Notes under the pieces: model-generated
What the model was told of the DNA's origin: nothing
The model's input: the letters and a program-made list of their open reading frames with translations, nothing else
The model's database searches: none
DNA from: an uncultured bacterium
GTDB taxonomy: Bacteria; Hydrothermota; Tepidihabitantia; Tepidihabitantales; Tepidihabitantaceae
Length of the DNA stretch: 64,000 nucleotides
Reading direction: 5' to 3'
Assembly: GCA_964590395.1 (NCBI GenBank)
Contig: CAZPVT010000005.1
Coordinates: 116,387-180,386, forward strand
Position numbers and translations under genes: made by a program
In this document: piece by piece, positions 29,787 to 39,992 of the stretch
How the letters are laid out: every line of letters starts with the position of its first letter
Position numbering within the stretch: position 1 is the first letter of the stretch

Positions 29787-30391
29787 GTTTTCTTTGGCAA
29801 CTGGAAAAAGGAAAAGGCGTGCAATTTTTAGCCGGAGTCGCGGCTAAGGTAGCAAAACAAGGCGATGGTAAATGGAAATACCGTGTCCAAATAACGGGTA
29901 AACCTGACAAGTATGTCCTTTTAGGACTGCAATTCGGTAGCCACATCCTTGCCCGTTTTCCCAAAAATGAATCGAGGGGGTATGAACTGGCAACGACACT
30001 TGAGCGGATGGTGAACCTAATCGTCAACGAGGGGATCTGGCCTAATTCGGACCTGATTCGCTATGCGGATGCATCCGAGGTAATGAAATTGAGTGGTCCC
30101 GCAGACGAAATTGGCGGTGAGATGCTCGAAGCCGGGCTTATCATCGCCCCCGGTAGTGAGGCACCAACCTTGATTTTTGCGGAGCCATTTAAGGTCCCTG
30201 ATGAAGCACTGATGTATTCGGTAATTGCGGTATGGCAAACGCTGATTGGTGTTCTGGATAACACTGGTGTGGAGAAGTTTGATCGGGCACTGCGTTATTT
30301 TAATTCTTATTTAGATGAAGGGCTCAACTGTTCGGATTCGATGATTGCTGCCAATCTTGCCAACCGCGCATACCGTGCGGCTCTTGAGTAG
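29783..30391 (+). CDS. Hypothetical protein
   Basis: 202-aa ORF. GTG start overlaps the glnS stop (GTGA). No motifs recognised. Confidence 0.35.
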   Translation: MSFLWQLEKGKGVQFLAGVAAKVAKQGDGKWKYRVQITGKPDKYVLLGLQFGSHILARFPKNESRGYELATTLERMVNLIVNEGIWPNSDLIRYADASEVMKLSGPADEIGGEMLEAGLIIAPGSEAPTLIFAEPFKVPDEALMYSVIAVWQTLIGVLDNTGVEKFDRALRYFNSYLDEGLNCSDSMIAANLANRAYRAALE

Positions 30392-33300
30392 TTACTCCTT
30401 CAACTCTACCGGTTTGTTTTTTCGTTCTGATCTTAGTTCAAATATGGTGTAAAGCACCGGGATGAGTACCAGTGGTAGAAATGTTGAAACCAACATACCG
30501 CCAACAATTGCTCGGCCTAAAGGTGACCACAGTTCTGCGCCCTCACCGATCTGAAACGCCAAGGGTAGCATACCGAAAATTGTCGTCAACGAGGTCATCA
30601 GGATCGGTCGCAGTCGAACTCGTCCCGCTTCTTTAACTGCTGCCAGCAGTGCTAATCCTTGTTTACGCCGTAACTGGTTAGTGTAGTCAATGTAAACAAT
30701 GCCGTTGTTGACCACAATTCCGACCAGTATTAGAACACCCAGCAGTGAGATAACAGAGATAGTGGTGCGGGTTATAAATAGTGTCCACAGTACCCCAATT
30801 ATCGCGAAGGGCATCGTGAACATTATGATGAAAGGGTCGCGTAACGATTCAAACTGGGAAGCCATTACGACAAACACGAGTGTCACCGCGATCAAAAGTA
30901 CTAGGGCAAAATCGCGGAAGGTGGTGGTCATCTCCTGATATGAACCGGAGAGTTGAATATTAAAGCCAGCTGGCACCGGTATTGTCTTTATCGCCCGGGT
31001 AATTTTCTGGGCAAGTTGGCCAGCAGAGATGCCCTCGGTCCTACCGGTAATTTTGACCACGCGCTGATTGTTCTTGCGTTCCAACTCTATCGGTCCTGTA
31101 CCGGTGCTTACCGTAACCAGATTTTTCAATGGTACCGGACCGGTTGGACTGTTGATACTCATACCAAGAATGTCAATCAGTTCGTTCCGCTGTTCTTCTG
31201 GCAACCGGAGGAGAATATCATATTCCCTACCCATTAACCGGAAGGTGCTGACCGTATTGCCTTGAATCTGGGTGCGCAGGGCAGAGCCAATCTGATAGGG
31301 CGTTAAGCCGTAAATGGCCGCCTTCTGACGGTCGATTATCAGTTGCAGTTCTGGTTTCCCAGGTTCTCTACCGGATTTTAGATCCACTAACCCTGGTATT
31401 GTCTCTATTATTGCGATCACCTGTCGAGTTAACGAGTCTGCAGTTGCCAGATCGTATCCGGTGATATTCAATTCGATGCCGGTGCTAACACCAGCCATCG
31501 CGGTGAAACTCCGTTCGGTCACTCGCACTCTTAAACCGGGGATTTTTGCTGCGAAGGCACGGATCGTCCTGTCAATCTCGGCTACGGAATGCCGGCGCTC
31601 TCGTTTTGGTTTCAGAATCATGTTGACTGAGCCGGTATGACTGCCAGTTACCCCGCCGAAGATTGCCTGAAATCCCGTCCCAGAACCTAGCTGAACAGTT
31701 ACCCCTTGAATGTCATTGCGCCAATTTTGCAGGATGTAGTTTTCCAATTTGCTTACCGCCCAATCAGTAGTTTTTAAATCGGTGCCGACCGGCATCTCAA
31801 CAGAGAAGGTATGAAACTGGCTCTCCTGGGAAGGGAAGAACTCCCTACCAATAAACGGTGTGAGCCCGATACTGAGTAACAGGAGGATCACCGCTCCGAA
31901 TACAACCAGTCGGCGATGGCTGAGTGCCCAGCCAACAAGCCTTTCATACCTATCTTCCAGACGACGATAAAACCGTTCACTCCACCCCCTAATACCCTTT
32001 TCTGTTCCTCCCTTCGGTGGCGGTAGATATCTGCTGGTAAGAGTAGGAATTAAGGTCAGGGCGATAACCAGCGAAGCACCGAGCGCTCCGACCACTGCCC
32101 ATACCAGTTCCCGAAAAAATACCTGCATCAATCCTCGGACTAAGAGCAGGGGCAGAAAGACCACTACCGTTGTCAAGGTCGAGGCGGTAATTGCCATTCC
32201 TACTTCACTTGTGCCAATGCTGGCAGCACGAACTCGTTCCTCGTTTCTCTCCCGGTAGCGGAAGATCGCTTCAAAGACTACGATACCATTGTCTACGACC
32301 ATTCCTACCGCTATTGCCAGTCCAGCCATAGAGAGGATGTTAATTGAAAATTCCAGCAGGAACATAAAGAAAAGCGCAAAGAATACTGAAAGGGGTATTG
32401 CAAAGGCAACAAACGCGGTGGCGCGAATGCGACGGAGAAAAAGGAATAGTACCATAACCGCGAGAATACTACCTAAAAGCAAGTTGATAAATACATTGTT
32501 TATTGAACGGGCAATCTCTCGGGAACTGTCGTAGAAGATAGTTGCGCTGATACCGGTTGGTAATGTTCTCTTCAATTCTTCAAACGTCTGACGCGCCGCC
32601 GCCGCAACCCGCACAGTATTAGCGTCGGGACGACGTTGAACGACAACGAAAAGGCAGTTTTCGCCATTATAACGCGTCACCGTGAGTTGCTCTTCAGCAC
32701 CCCAGGTGACTCCAGCCACATCTTTTAACAAGATCGGACTCATTCCCTTCATTCCGACCGGAGTATTTTTTACCGCTTCCGGACTGTGATATTCGCCGAT
32801 CAAACGAATCAGATATTCTTTGCCATTACCGACCACCGTTCCTGCCGGATAGTTCAAATTCTGTGCCTTCAGTGTCTGATTTAGCAGGTCGATGGAGATG
32901 CCCGCCGCGGTCAGTTTCTGAATATCGACTTTCACCTGTAACTGCCGTTTAGTTCCGCCGGCGACTATTGCCGAAGCAACTCCTGGTACCCTTTGGAGTG
33001 CATCTGCGAGGTCATCAGCGGCGTCTCGCAGGGTCAAAGGGTCAACATCACCATATAACCCGATTTGGAGAATCGGCATCATCGAGGCGTCAAGTTTCAA
33101 GACAAAGGGGCGCGTGGCTGCATCCGGTAGTTGGGCAATCGCCATATCCAGCCGGTCCCGAACATCAGCCGCCACGGCATCAAGGTTGGTGCCCCAGGCG
33201 AACTGGAGCTGAATGATTGAGATGTTTTCGAGTGAGCGTGAGGTGATCTCTTTGAGATTGGAGATCGTTCCCACCCGTTGTTCCAGAGTTTTGGTGACTT

Positions 33301-33484
33301 CTGCTTCAACCTCTAATGGTCCAGCACCGGGATAGGTAGTAACAATTATCACTGAAGGCAGAGTAACTTGGGGAAATATATCTACTGGCATTCGTGAGAT
33401 GCTGACCGCGCCAAAGAGAACCAGTACCAGCGATACCAGGATGGTGGTAATGGGGCGGCGAATTGATATGTCGGTGATTTTCAC
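30392..33484 (-). CDS. RND (HAE1/AcrB-type) efflux transporter permease
   Basis: 1030 aa, 12 TM. AcrB-type architecture with two large periplasmic loops. Conserved TM4/TM10 regions. Confidence 0.85.
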   Translation of the reverse strand: MKITDISIRRPITTILVSLVLVLFGAVSISRMPVDIFPQVTLPSVIIVTTYPGAGPLEVEAEVTKTLEQRVGTISNLKEITSRSLENISIIQLQFAWGTNLDAVAADVRDRLDMAIAQLPDAATRPFVLKLDASMMPILQIGLYGDVDPLTLRDAADDLADALQRVPGVASAIVAGGTKRQLQVKVDIQKLTAAGISIDLLNQTLKAQNLNYPAGTVVGNGKEYLIRLIGEYHSPEAVKNTPVGMKGMSPILLKDVAGVTWGAEEQLTVTRYNGENCLFVVVQRRPDANTVRVAAAARQTFEELKRTLPTGISATIFYDSSREIARSINNVFINLLLGSILAVMVLFLFLRRIRATAFVAFAIPLSVFFALFFMFLLEFSINILSMAGLAIAVGMVVDNGIVVFEAIFRYRERNEERVRAASIGTSEVGMAITASTLTTVVVFLPLLLVRGLMQVFFRELVWAVVGALGASLVIALTLIPTLTSRYLPPPKGGTEKGIRGWSERFYRRLEDRYERLVGWALSHRRLVVFGAVILLLLSIGLTPFIGREFFPSQESQFHTFSVEMPVGTDLKTTDWAVSKLENYILQNWRNDIQGVTVQLGSGTGFQAIFGGVTGSHTGSVNMILKPKRERRHSVAEIDRTIRAFAAKIPGLRVRVTERSFTAMAGVSTGIELNITGYDLATADSLTRQVIAIIETIPGLVDLKSGREPGKPELQLIIDRQKAAIYGLTPYQIGSALRTQIQGNTVSTFRLMGREYDILLRLPEEQRNELIDILGMSINSPTGPVPLKNLVTVSTGTGPIELERKNNQRVVKITGRTEGISAGQLAQKITRAIKTIPVPAGFNIQLSGSYQEMTTTFRDFALVLLIAVTLVFVVMASQFESLRDPFIIMFTMPFAIIGVLWTLFITRTTISVISLLGVLILVGIVVNNGIVYIDYTNQLRRKQGLALLAAVKEAGRVRLRPILMTSLTTIFGMLPLAFQIGEGAELWSPLGRAIVGGMLVSTFLPLVLIPVLYTIFELRSERKNKPVELKE

Positions 33485-34362
33485 TTTTCCTCCGCCTCAG
33501 CCACGGCTACCTGCTGACCATCTTTGGTCAACTCCTTGCCGAGCGTAGCAACCAGTTCACTAGGCTGCAATCCGCTGATGACTTCCACCCATTCATCGCC
33601 GTGCAAACCGATAGTAATCCAGCGGAAACGGGCAATACCTTTTTCGACCACGACGACCTTGTTTTCGTCAGTAGTAAATAGGGCGCTAACCGGTATACTC
33701 AGAACATTCCGTTTTTCCTCAACCGTTATCCGTGCCATTCCTGCCATTCCAGGAACCAGTTTACTTCTGGGGTTGGGTATGGTGATTTCTACGGTTGCGG
33801 AGCGGGATTGAGGATCAAGCATCGGTGAGACCTGAGTCACGGTGCCGATGAAACTGGTTTCGGGAAATGCGGAAAAGGAGACTGTTGCCTTGGCGCCACG
33901 CCGGATATAAGGGAGATCTGCATCGCTAACCGCGGCTTTCATTTTGATTCGCTCCGAAAACCGGGCGATCGCAGCAAAAGGTATTGTCGGGGAAACCACT
34001 TGACCAACCTCAACATAAACTTTTCCCACAACCCCGGCGATCGGCGAACACACTGGTCCGGGTTTATAGTCGATTCCGGGGATGTCATTGACCACATAGG
34101 CAATCGGTTCGTCAACGCCGATAAAACTGCCCTCTGGTTTGACGATCTCGGTAACGCGGCCGGTAATCTTGGATGTTACGATAACCTGTTGTTCTCCCTG
34201 TAAAATACCCAGTAGTTGTATTGACCGGGTTACGGTTCTTATCTCACAGGGGATGACCTGAACCGCGGGAAGGGACGCAGTTTTTTCCTTTTTTCCTCCG
34301 CCACAGCCGTAAAGGAGTGCGGTAATAATAACAAAAAGTAATCCGGTATTTTTTCTGCTCAT
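33481..34362 (-). CDS. RND efflux periplasmic adaptor (membrane fusion protein)
   Basis: Lipoprotein signal LLYGCGG. Beta-barrel/lipoyl MFP layout. Translationally coupled to the RND pump. Confidence 0.75.
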   Translation of the reverse strand: MSRKNTGLLFVIITALLYGCGGGKKEKTASLPAVQVIPCEIRTVTRSIQLLGILQGEQQVIVTSKITGRVTEIVKPEGSFIGVDEPIAYVVNDIPGIDYKPGPVCSPIAGVVGKVYVEVGQVVSPTIPFAAIARFSERIKMKAAVSDADLPYIRRGAKATVSFSAFPETSFIGTVTQVSPMLDPQSRSATVEITIPNPRSKLVPGMAGMARITVEEKRNVLSIPVSALFTTDENKVVVVEKGIARFRWITIGLHGDEWVEVISGLQPSELVATLGKELTKDGQQVAVAEAEEK

Positions 34363-34374
34363 TATCTATCCTCC

Positions 34375-35766
34375 TTAAATCTTACCGATTGCTCGTAGCA
34401 ACCGGGCACGGGCGATGGTATAGCCTGCCAACGCTCTTAAATGAGCCACTCGGCTCTGGGTAAGTTGTAATTGGATGTCTAAGAATTCCAGGTTGCTCAA
34501 TAGACCGTTATTGTAACGCTGTTCTGCGAGTTGAAATGCTTCTTGTGCCACCGCGACATTTTCCTTTTGAAAGGCAATATTTTGTTGTTCTTGATGCAGA
34601 TTAGCCAGGGCGGCTTGCACCTCAAGTTTTATCCCCTCTTCTACCATTTTTACCGCCAGTGCCGCCTGTCGGTAGCGAGATTGTGCCTGCTTGAGTTTGT
34701 GGTAATTGGCAAGTCCGGTGAAAATCGGCATACTCACCCCAATGGTCGCATTCCAATCTTTACCCCAGCGGTCATTGAAGCCGACCGGTTTCTTATAGTC
34801 GTAATTGAACTGAGTAAATATCGTCGGCAGATTAGCCGTCCGCGCAATTTGCACCCCAAGATTAGCAATTCTTAATGTCTGGCGTAACTGATTAAGTTCG
34901 GGTCGGTTGCTCAAAGCCGAGTCGAATACCGAGCTAAGATCGATATCCAGCGATTCCACATTAAACTCACTCCTCAACACCAGTACCGTCTTTTCCGAAA
35001 CGCCAATTAGGTTATATAATGCTGCATAGGCAAGAGTTATACCATTTTCTACCTGTATTACCTGATTTGCCATACTAGTCAGACTGAGTTTTGCACGCAT
35101 TACATCCAAGCGACTGGCAAGTCCAGACTCATAAAGCCTCTCTACCTGCTGGACATGGCGCTTAAGTTGTTCGTAAGATTCTTTAATTAGTTCCTTAGTT
35201 TTTTCGGTGAGCAGTGTCTGATAAAATGCCTCAATCGTTTGGACTTTGGTTTGCTGGCGTGCCACTTCGTACGCCGCCTTTTGTGCGGCAAGCGTCAACC
35301 CCGCAATCCGGTAGGCGTTAATCAATTTGCCCCAGGTAAAAACCGTCTGTTGGACCGAGGTGCGCAAAATATAATTATCCTGGGAACCAAGGGGCATCGT
35401 TAGGGTATCAGCTCCAACTGGCATTGGCACCGAATCGGTAAATCCGATGAGCTGCCCGGTCTGTGGATCGTAAACCCGCAAAGGCAGTTGCCGATAAACC
35501 GGGGTAACCAACTGAAATTCATTAAGCGTTCCCAGCCGGGTATAACTACCTGAGGCGGAGATCTGGGGAAAAAAACTCCCCAATGCTACCGCCTTGCCAG
35601 CCGCTGCCTCCAGTACCCTTTCCTGGTTCTGCTGCAGCTGATAGTTATTCTTCAACGCCAGTTCTATCGCCAGATTTTCATCCAGCACCAGTGTATCTGC
35701 CCATAGCGCGGGTGCACTCAGCGCACTGATGGCAAATAGTATCAATGTAAATCCGAATTGGCTCAT
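34375..35766 (-). CDS. TolC-family outer-membrane efflux channel
   Basis: Signal peptide. Two tandem TolC-type repeats with coiled-coil segments. 463 aa. Confidence 0.75.
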   Translation of the reverse strand: MSQFGFTLILFAISALSAPALWADTLVLDENLAIELALKNNYQLQQNQERVLEAAAGKAVALGSFFPQISASGSYTRLGTLNEFQLVTPVYRQLPLRVYDPQTGQLIGFTDSVPMPVGADTLTMPLGSQDNYILRTSVQQTVFTWGKLINAYRIAGLTLAAQKAAYEVARQQTKVQTIEAFYQTLLTEKTKELIKESYEQLKRHVQQVERLYESGLASRLDVMRAKLSLTSMANQVIQVENGITLAYAALYNLIGVSEKTVLVLRSEFNVESLDIDLSSVFDSALSNRPELNQLRQTLRIANLGVQIARTANLPTIFTQFNYDYKKPVGFNDRWGKDWNATIGVSMPIFTGLANYHKLKQAQSRYRQAALAVKMVEEGIKLEVQAALANLHQEQQNIAFQKENVAVAQEAFQLAEQRYNNGLLSNLEFLDIQLQLTQSRVAHLRALAGYTIARARLLRAIGKI

Positions 35767-36365
35767 TTGCCTCCTTTTGTTTTAACCGCAATACCATAAA
35801 AAAATAGATCCAGTGCCCGTGCCGGCGTGCCTTTGATTTTCAACTCCTTAGACATCAGCAGTAACCCGGCGCGGAAGGCGTTAAGGAAGGAAAGCGCCGC
35901 CAGCCTTGGCTCCACCGGTCTAAATTCGCCAGTGCGGACCCCTTCCTCAATTATCTCCGCTAGGGCGTCAACCATACTCTTGACTTCAGGCAGGACCTGC
36001 CGATGAAATCGCTGGGCGATATTGCACCGTTCCTTTTTCATTTCCGGAAAGACCAGGTCAATTGCCGCAGGATGCTGGAGCAACTTTTCGGTCCAGAGAT
36101 TAAAGATCAGGCTGATTTTCTCTTTAGCGGCAAGCGACTTACTTGCGACCTCTTTTAGATAAGCAGTCGCCTGACCGATGAGCCACTGGATAATGCCGAC
36201 ATAAAGGTCAGGTTTATCTTTGAAGTAGAGGTAGACTGTGCCCTTAGCAACACCGGCTGCCCGGGCAACATCATCAACCTTCATCTCGTAATAGCCTTTA
36301 CTACAGACGACACCGAATGCCGCTTGCAGTAGGGCTTCGCGCTTGGTAAGTGATTTTCCTTTCAT
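35763..36365 (-). CDS. TetR/AcrR-family transcriptional regulator
   Basis: N-terminal HTH (LLQAAFGVVCSKGYYEMKVDDVARAAGVAKGTVYLYF). 200 aa. First gene of the efflux operon. Confidence 0.8.
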   Translation of the reverse strand: MKGKSLTKREALLQAAFGVVCSKGYYEMKVDDVARAAGVAKGTVYLYFKDKPDLYVGIIQWLIGQATAYLKEVASKSLAAKEKISLIFNLWTEKLLQHPAAIDLVFPEMKKERCNIAQRFHRQVLPEVKSMVDALAEIIEEGVRTGEFRPVEPRLAALSFLNAFRAGLLLMSKELKIKGTPARALDLFFYGIAVKTKGGK

Positions 36366-36368
36366 AAA

Positions 36369-36382
36369 ACTGACCAGTCAGT
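36369..36382. promoter_or_regulatory. Candidate TetR operator palindrome immediately upstream of the tetR start
   Basis: ACTGAC-ca-GTCAGT is a perfect 6-bp inverted repeat beginning 4 nt 5' of the tetR start codon. Confidence 0.35.
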
Positions 36383-36428
36383 CATTATACCTAACATCTA
36401 ATCTTATGTCAATCTTTTCTTTTAGACC

Positions 36429-37274
36429 TCAGTATTCGGGGGGCAGATTTAGCAATTGGTCGTAGGAGAAGACCGGACCGTCTTTGCAGACATATTTCGG
36501 TCCGATGTTACAATGGCCACATTTGCCGATACCGCACTTCATTCGGTTTTCCAGGGATAGAAATACCCGGTCCGGGCTAAAACCCAGTTCGGCTAACACC
36601 GGATGGGTATACTTAATCATTATCGGAGGTCCACACACCAGTGCCACCGCATTCTCCGCCTTCGGTGCTACCGATTTCAGGACGTTAGGTACCAGTCCCT
36701 CCCTTTTAGGCCAATCAGCACCGTTTAATCGATCGACGCACAGAATTAAATCCAGGTCCGGATTTTGCTCCCAGGCGCGCAATTCCTCTTTGTAAAGCAG
36801 TTCTCCTGGGGAACGGGCGCCGTAGATGGCGGTGATCTTGCCGAAGTTTAGTCGATTTTTTGGTGGAAGTAGATGGGCGATCGTGGCGCGCAGAGTGGTG
36901 AAGGAAAAGCCACCGGAAACGATCACCACATCCTTCCCAATCATTAACTCAAAAGGATAAGAGTTTCCCCAGGGGCCGCGCATGCCGATAATTTTTCCTT
37001 CGGTCATTTCGTGCAATGCGGTAGTGAACACTCCAACCCGTTTTACGGTGAATTTAACCAGCGGTTCGTGCGGGGCAGAGGCAATGCCGAACGGTGCTTC
37101 GCCGGTGCCGGCAATTGATAGAAAGGCAAACTGGCCTGGTATGAACTGAAACTGTTGCCGGTCAGATTCGTTAACAAAAGCCAGATCAAATGTTTTTAGG
37201 TCCCGAGCATCGTTTTCGATCGTTACCTTTTCGATCCGCATCGACAGGGGCAGATAAGGGTTAGACATCATCAT
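36429..37274 (-). CDS. Sulfhydrogenase gamma-subunit-like (HydG/AsrB-type) FAD/NAD(P)H oxidoreductase with a [2Fe-2S] cluster
   Basis: Strong similarity to P. furiosus HydG, including the C-terminal RMKCGIGKCGHCNIG and CKDGPVFSY motifs. Confidence 0.75.
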   Translation of the reverse strand: MMMSNPYLPLSMRIEKVTIENDARDLKTFDLAFVNESDRQQFQFIPGQFAFLSIAGTGEAPFGIASAPHEPLVKFTVKRVGVFTTALHEMTEGKIIGMRGPWGNSYPFELMIGKDVVIVSGGFSFTTLRATIAHLLPPKNRLNFGKITAIYGARSPGELLYKEELRAWEQNPDLDLILCVDRLNGADWPKREGLVPNVLKSVAPKAENAVALVCGPPIMIKYTHPVLAELGFSPDRVFLSLENRMKCGIGKCGHCNIGPKYVCKDGPVFSYDQLLNLPPEY

Positions 37275-38290
37275 TTTCCCATCCCATCAATGATCCGTAG
37301 CAGTTTCGCTACTGTTTGGCGGATGTCAATTCCGGCGGGACAGGCGCTGATGCATCTGCCGCAACCGACGCAGGAGATTAAGCCTACCTGCTCGGTGGTG
37401 TAGTAAAATTTATCCATCATCCGGTTACGATAGCGGGAACTCGAGTCAAAACGGGGGTTGTGTCCTGAGGCATGCCGGGAATAGAGTGTAAACTGGCACG
37501 AATCCCAAACCCGGTAGCGGGCAGATTTACCCCGCATCGTTTCGTCGGTGACATCAAAGCAATGGCAGGTTGGACAGAGAAAGGTGCAGGCGCCGCAGTT
37601 GACACAGGAGAGACTCAGAACCTCCCAGACCTCATGCTTGAACAGTTGAGGCAATTTTCCCTGCAACTTCTTGACATCAAATCGTTCGTTTATTTCGCTT
37701 TCCACCTTTGACTTCAACGCCGCCCTCTTTCTTAAAACCGTCTCATCCGCCGGGGAGAGGTCCGCGAGGAGTTTCTCCCCTTTTTCGGTAACCGCTTCGG
37801 CAAGAAACACCCCCTCCACTTCAGTTAGAAGTAAATCCAGGCCTTCAGTATCGTGAGGGCTGTTACCCAGCGCAAAACAAAAACAGGTAGGGGCGGTGCG
37901 ATTGCAAGCCATACCGATCAGGGTGGTTTTTTCAACTCTTCTCTGGACATAAGGGTCGCTTTTTCCATCCTGGACAAAAAACCGTTCAAGCACCTTAAGG
38001 GCACGGGCATCACAGGGGCGAATGCCAAAGAGTATCTGTTCTTGGATGGGTGCCGGTACAATCGGGTTGCCATTTTTGTCAAAGCGCATAAGCAGTTCGC
38101 AACGGGGAAAGATAAAGCCCTTTGCCGGCTCACGGCTATTGACCGCTTCAAGGTAGACCTCATCTACGGAACTGATTTTTGCCCAGTTGGCAGTGCCTTT
38201 TTCTCGTACCGGGGCATAGACATCAACATGGGATATTAACCGGTCGAGCAATTGGGTAAGTTCGTTTCGGGTAACGATACAGGCTTTCAT
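37271..38290 (-). CDS. Sulfhydrogenase beta-subunit-like (HydB/AsrA-type) iron-sulfur protein
   Basis: VYAPV, LFGIRPCDARALKVLE, CVNCGACTFLCPTCHCFDV, VWDSCQF and CVGCGRCISACPAGI motifs align with HydB/AsrA. Confidence 0.75.
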   Translation of the reverse strand: MKACIVTRNELTQLLDRLISHVDVYAPVREKGTANWAKISSVDEVYLEAVNSREPAKGFIFPRCELLMRFDKNGNPIVPAPIQEQILFGIRPCDARALKVLERFFVQDGKSDPYVQRRVEKTTLIGMACNRTAPTCFCFALGNSPHDTEGLDLLLTEVEGVFLAEAVTEKGEKLLADLSPADETVLRKRAALKSKVESEINERFDVKKLQGKLPQLFKHEVWEVLSLSCVNCGACTFLCPTCHCFDVTDETMRGKSARYRVWDSCQFTLYSRHASGHNPRFDSSSRYRNRMMDKFYYTTEQVGLISCVGCGRCISACPAGIDIRQTVAKLLRIIDGMGK

Positions 38291-39135
38291 TTAATAAACT
38301 CCTGGGAGTCTTCGGGTAAAAAACGGGTAAGGGCGGGGGGACTGTTGATATCAACACCGGGCGAGGTGTCAAACCGTTCGCGGACGATCTTAGTGATCCG
38401 ACGGTTAAAGCGCATCAGATCAATCCCCATCGGGCAGGCACGGTGACAGGCACCGCATTCCACACACCTGCCCGCCATATGTAGGAGACGGATGATGTGA
38501 AAGACCATATTGTCGGAAATGTTATGGGTTTTGCCGAGAAGTTGGGGTGTTGAGGCATCAACAAAACAGACTGGACAGTAGCAGTTCGGGCAGGCCTGAC
38601 GGCAGGCATAACAGCGAATACAGCGGGCAACATCCGCACTTAAAACCTGCCACCTTTGGTCTGGTGTCAACCGGTCAAAATCATCATCTGCCTTTAGCAC
38701 CTGTGGGCCCGGTGTTGTTTTTTCTACCGGTGCATCGACCATTTCATCGTAAATTACCGGATTCGGATACTGACAGGCCTTGCAGGTAACCGACTTTTCT
38801 CCGTTGTGCACCACGCCTTCACAGCCTACACCGAGGATATAGAGGTTTTCCCGGACAATTTGCTTTTCCTGGAGGAGAACAACGATGGAACGGGAATCAC
38901 AGCCCTTAGCGATTACCGCCACCCTGCCAATATTCTTTACCTTCAGAAGATAATTAGCGATGTTAGGAGAACAGGTGGAGTCAAAGATCAGCTCTGCTGT
39001 CTGGTCTGGTGTGGTGGCGAAAAATGGCTGGGCAACGTTATCTTGGGCACCAGCACGATAACCTAATACTAATTTCACCACACCTTGGCTCAAAAGTTCG
39101 TTTGCCCGTTTGCGTAGTAGTTCGGTTCGACTCAT
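38287..39135 (-). CDS. Iron-sulfur oxidoreductase subunit with two 4Fe-4S ferredoxin motifs (possibly FrhB/FdhB-like)
   Basis: CIRCYACRQACPNCYC and CVECGACHRACP motifs. The N-terminal domain contains a GCDSRS segment. Confidence 0.55.
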   Translation of the reverse strand: MSRTELLRKRANELLSQGVVKLVLGYRAGAQDNVAQPFFATTPDQTAELIFDSTCSPNIANYLLKVKNIGRVAVIAKGCDSRSIVVLLQEKQIVRENLYILGVGCEGVVHNGEKSVTCKACQYPNPVIYDEMVDAPVEKTTPGPQVLKADDDFDRLTPDQRWQVLSADVARCIRCYACRQACPNCYCPVCFVDASTPQLLGKTHNISDNMVFHIIRLLHMAGRCVECGACHRACPMGIDLMRFNRRITKIVRERFDTSPGVDINSPPALTRFLPEDSQEFIK

Positions 39136-39566
39136 TGCGGTATTTCCTTAATCAGTTTTTTATTTGGCCCGAGTTGCCGGACCTTCTCAGTTACTTCCTT
39201 AACCAGTTGGGCAAAACGTTCTCCTTCGGATGCAGAAACCCAGGCAAATGTTACCCTACCTGGTTCAATACCGCAGAAGGCCAAGAGGTCGTTTAAGACA
39301 GCAAACCGGCGCCGGGCAACAAAATTGCCGGTGAGATAATGGCAGTCACCAGGATGGCACCCGGAAACTAAAACGCCGTCCGCCCCCTGCTGTAAAGCCT
39401 GTAAAATAAAAAAAGGGTCAACCCTGCCCGAGCAGGGAACTCGGATTACCCGGATTGATGGAGGATAGTGGATGCGAGAGATTCCTGCGAGGTCAGCTCC
39501 GGCATAAGAACACCAGTTACACAGAAAGGCGACGATTTTGGGTTGAAAATCGCTGTTATCCGCCAT
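39132..39566 (-). CDS. MvhD/FlpD-like (methyl-viologen-reducing hydrogenase delta-subunit domain) electron-transfer protein
   Basis: KIVAFLCNWCSYAGADLAG...RVPCSGRVD...GCHPGDCHY is the classic MvhD Cys pattern. The longest ORF extends to 39683, but the MADNSDF start at 39566 gives a typical ~144-aa MvhD. Confidence 0.65.
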   Translation of the reverse strand: MADNSDFQPKIVAFLCNWCSYAGADLAGISRIHYPPSIRVIRVPCSGRVDPFFILQALQQGADGVLVSGCHPGDCHYLTGNFVARRRFAVLNDLLAFCGIEPGRVTFAWVSASEGERFAQLVKEVTEKVRQLGPNKKLIKEIPQ

Positions 39567-39892
39567 TTGAATAGTTATTATAACCTTAATTGATTCCTGT
39601 GTCCAGTTTGGCGGTAATTGATGGTTAAAAAATAAACCCATGCCGATAATCACTGTTCCGCAGAGGGCAAAATTAATGCGCAAAGTGCTTTTGGGGTTAA
39701 ATTATTTCAGGATAATGGAGTTAGTACTGAGAACGGTTCTTTTTAAGGTAGTGTTAGTATGGCGGTTTTTCAATGGTAATTGGAATTGGAGAGGAGGGAC
39801 GGGTTAAAAACAAATTGTATGACAGTAGAGATTGATTACTGGCTTTCCTTTTTTATTGACAGGAGTTTTTTGTATTTTAAAATTGAGTAAAA

Positions 39893-39965
39893 GCCGGGAT
39901 AGCTCAGTTGGTAGAGCACAGGACTGAAAATCCTGGTGTCCACAGTTCGATTCTGTGTCCCGGCA
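39893..39965 (+). tRNA. tRNA-Phe (anticodon GAA)
   Basis: GCCGGGA acceptor. D-loop AGCTCAGTTGGTAGAGC. Anticodon loop CTGAAAA. T-loop GTTCGATTC. 73 nt. Confidence 0.85.
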
Positions 39966-39992
39966 TCGTAGTTCTTAAAATACGGAGGATTT

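Noticed and set aside
39684-39892. Possible N-terminal extension of MvhD (ORF to 39683) and ORF 39836-40105 (-)
   Set aside because: The extension adds a hydrophobic non-MvhD segment, and the internal Met gives the canonical protein. The other ORF overlaps tRNA-Phe and rpsT.
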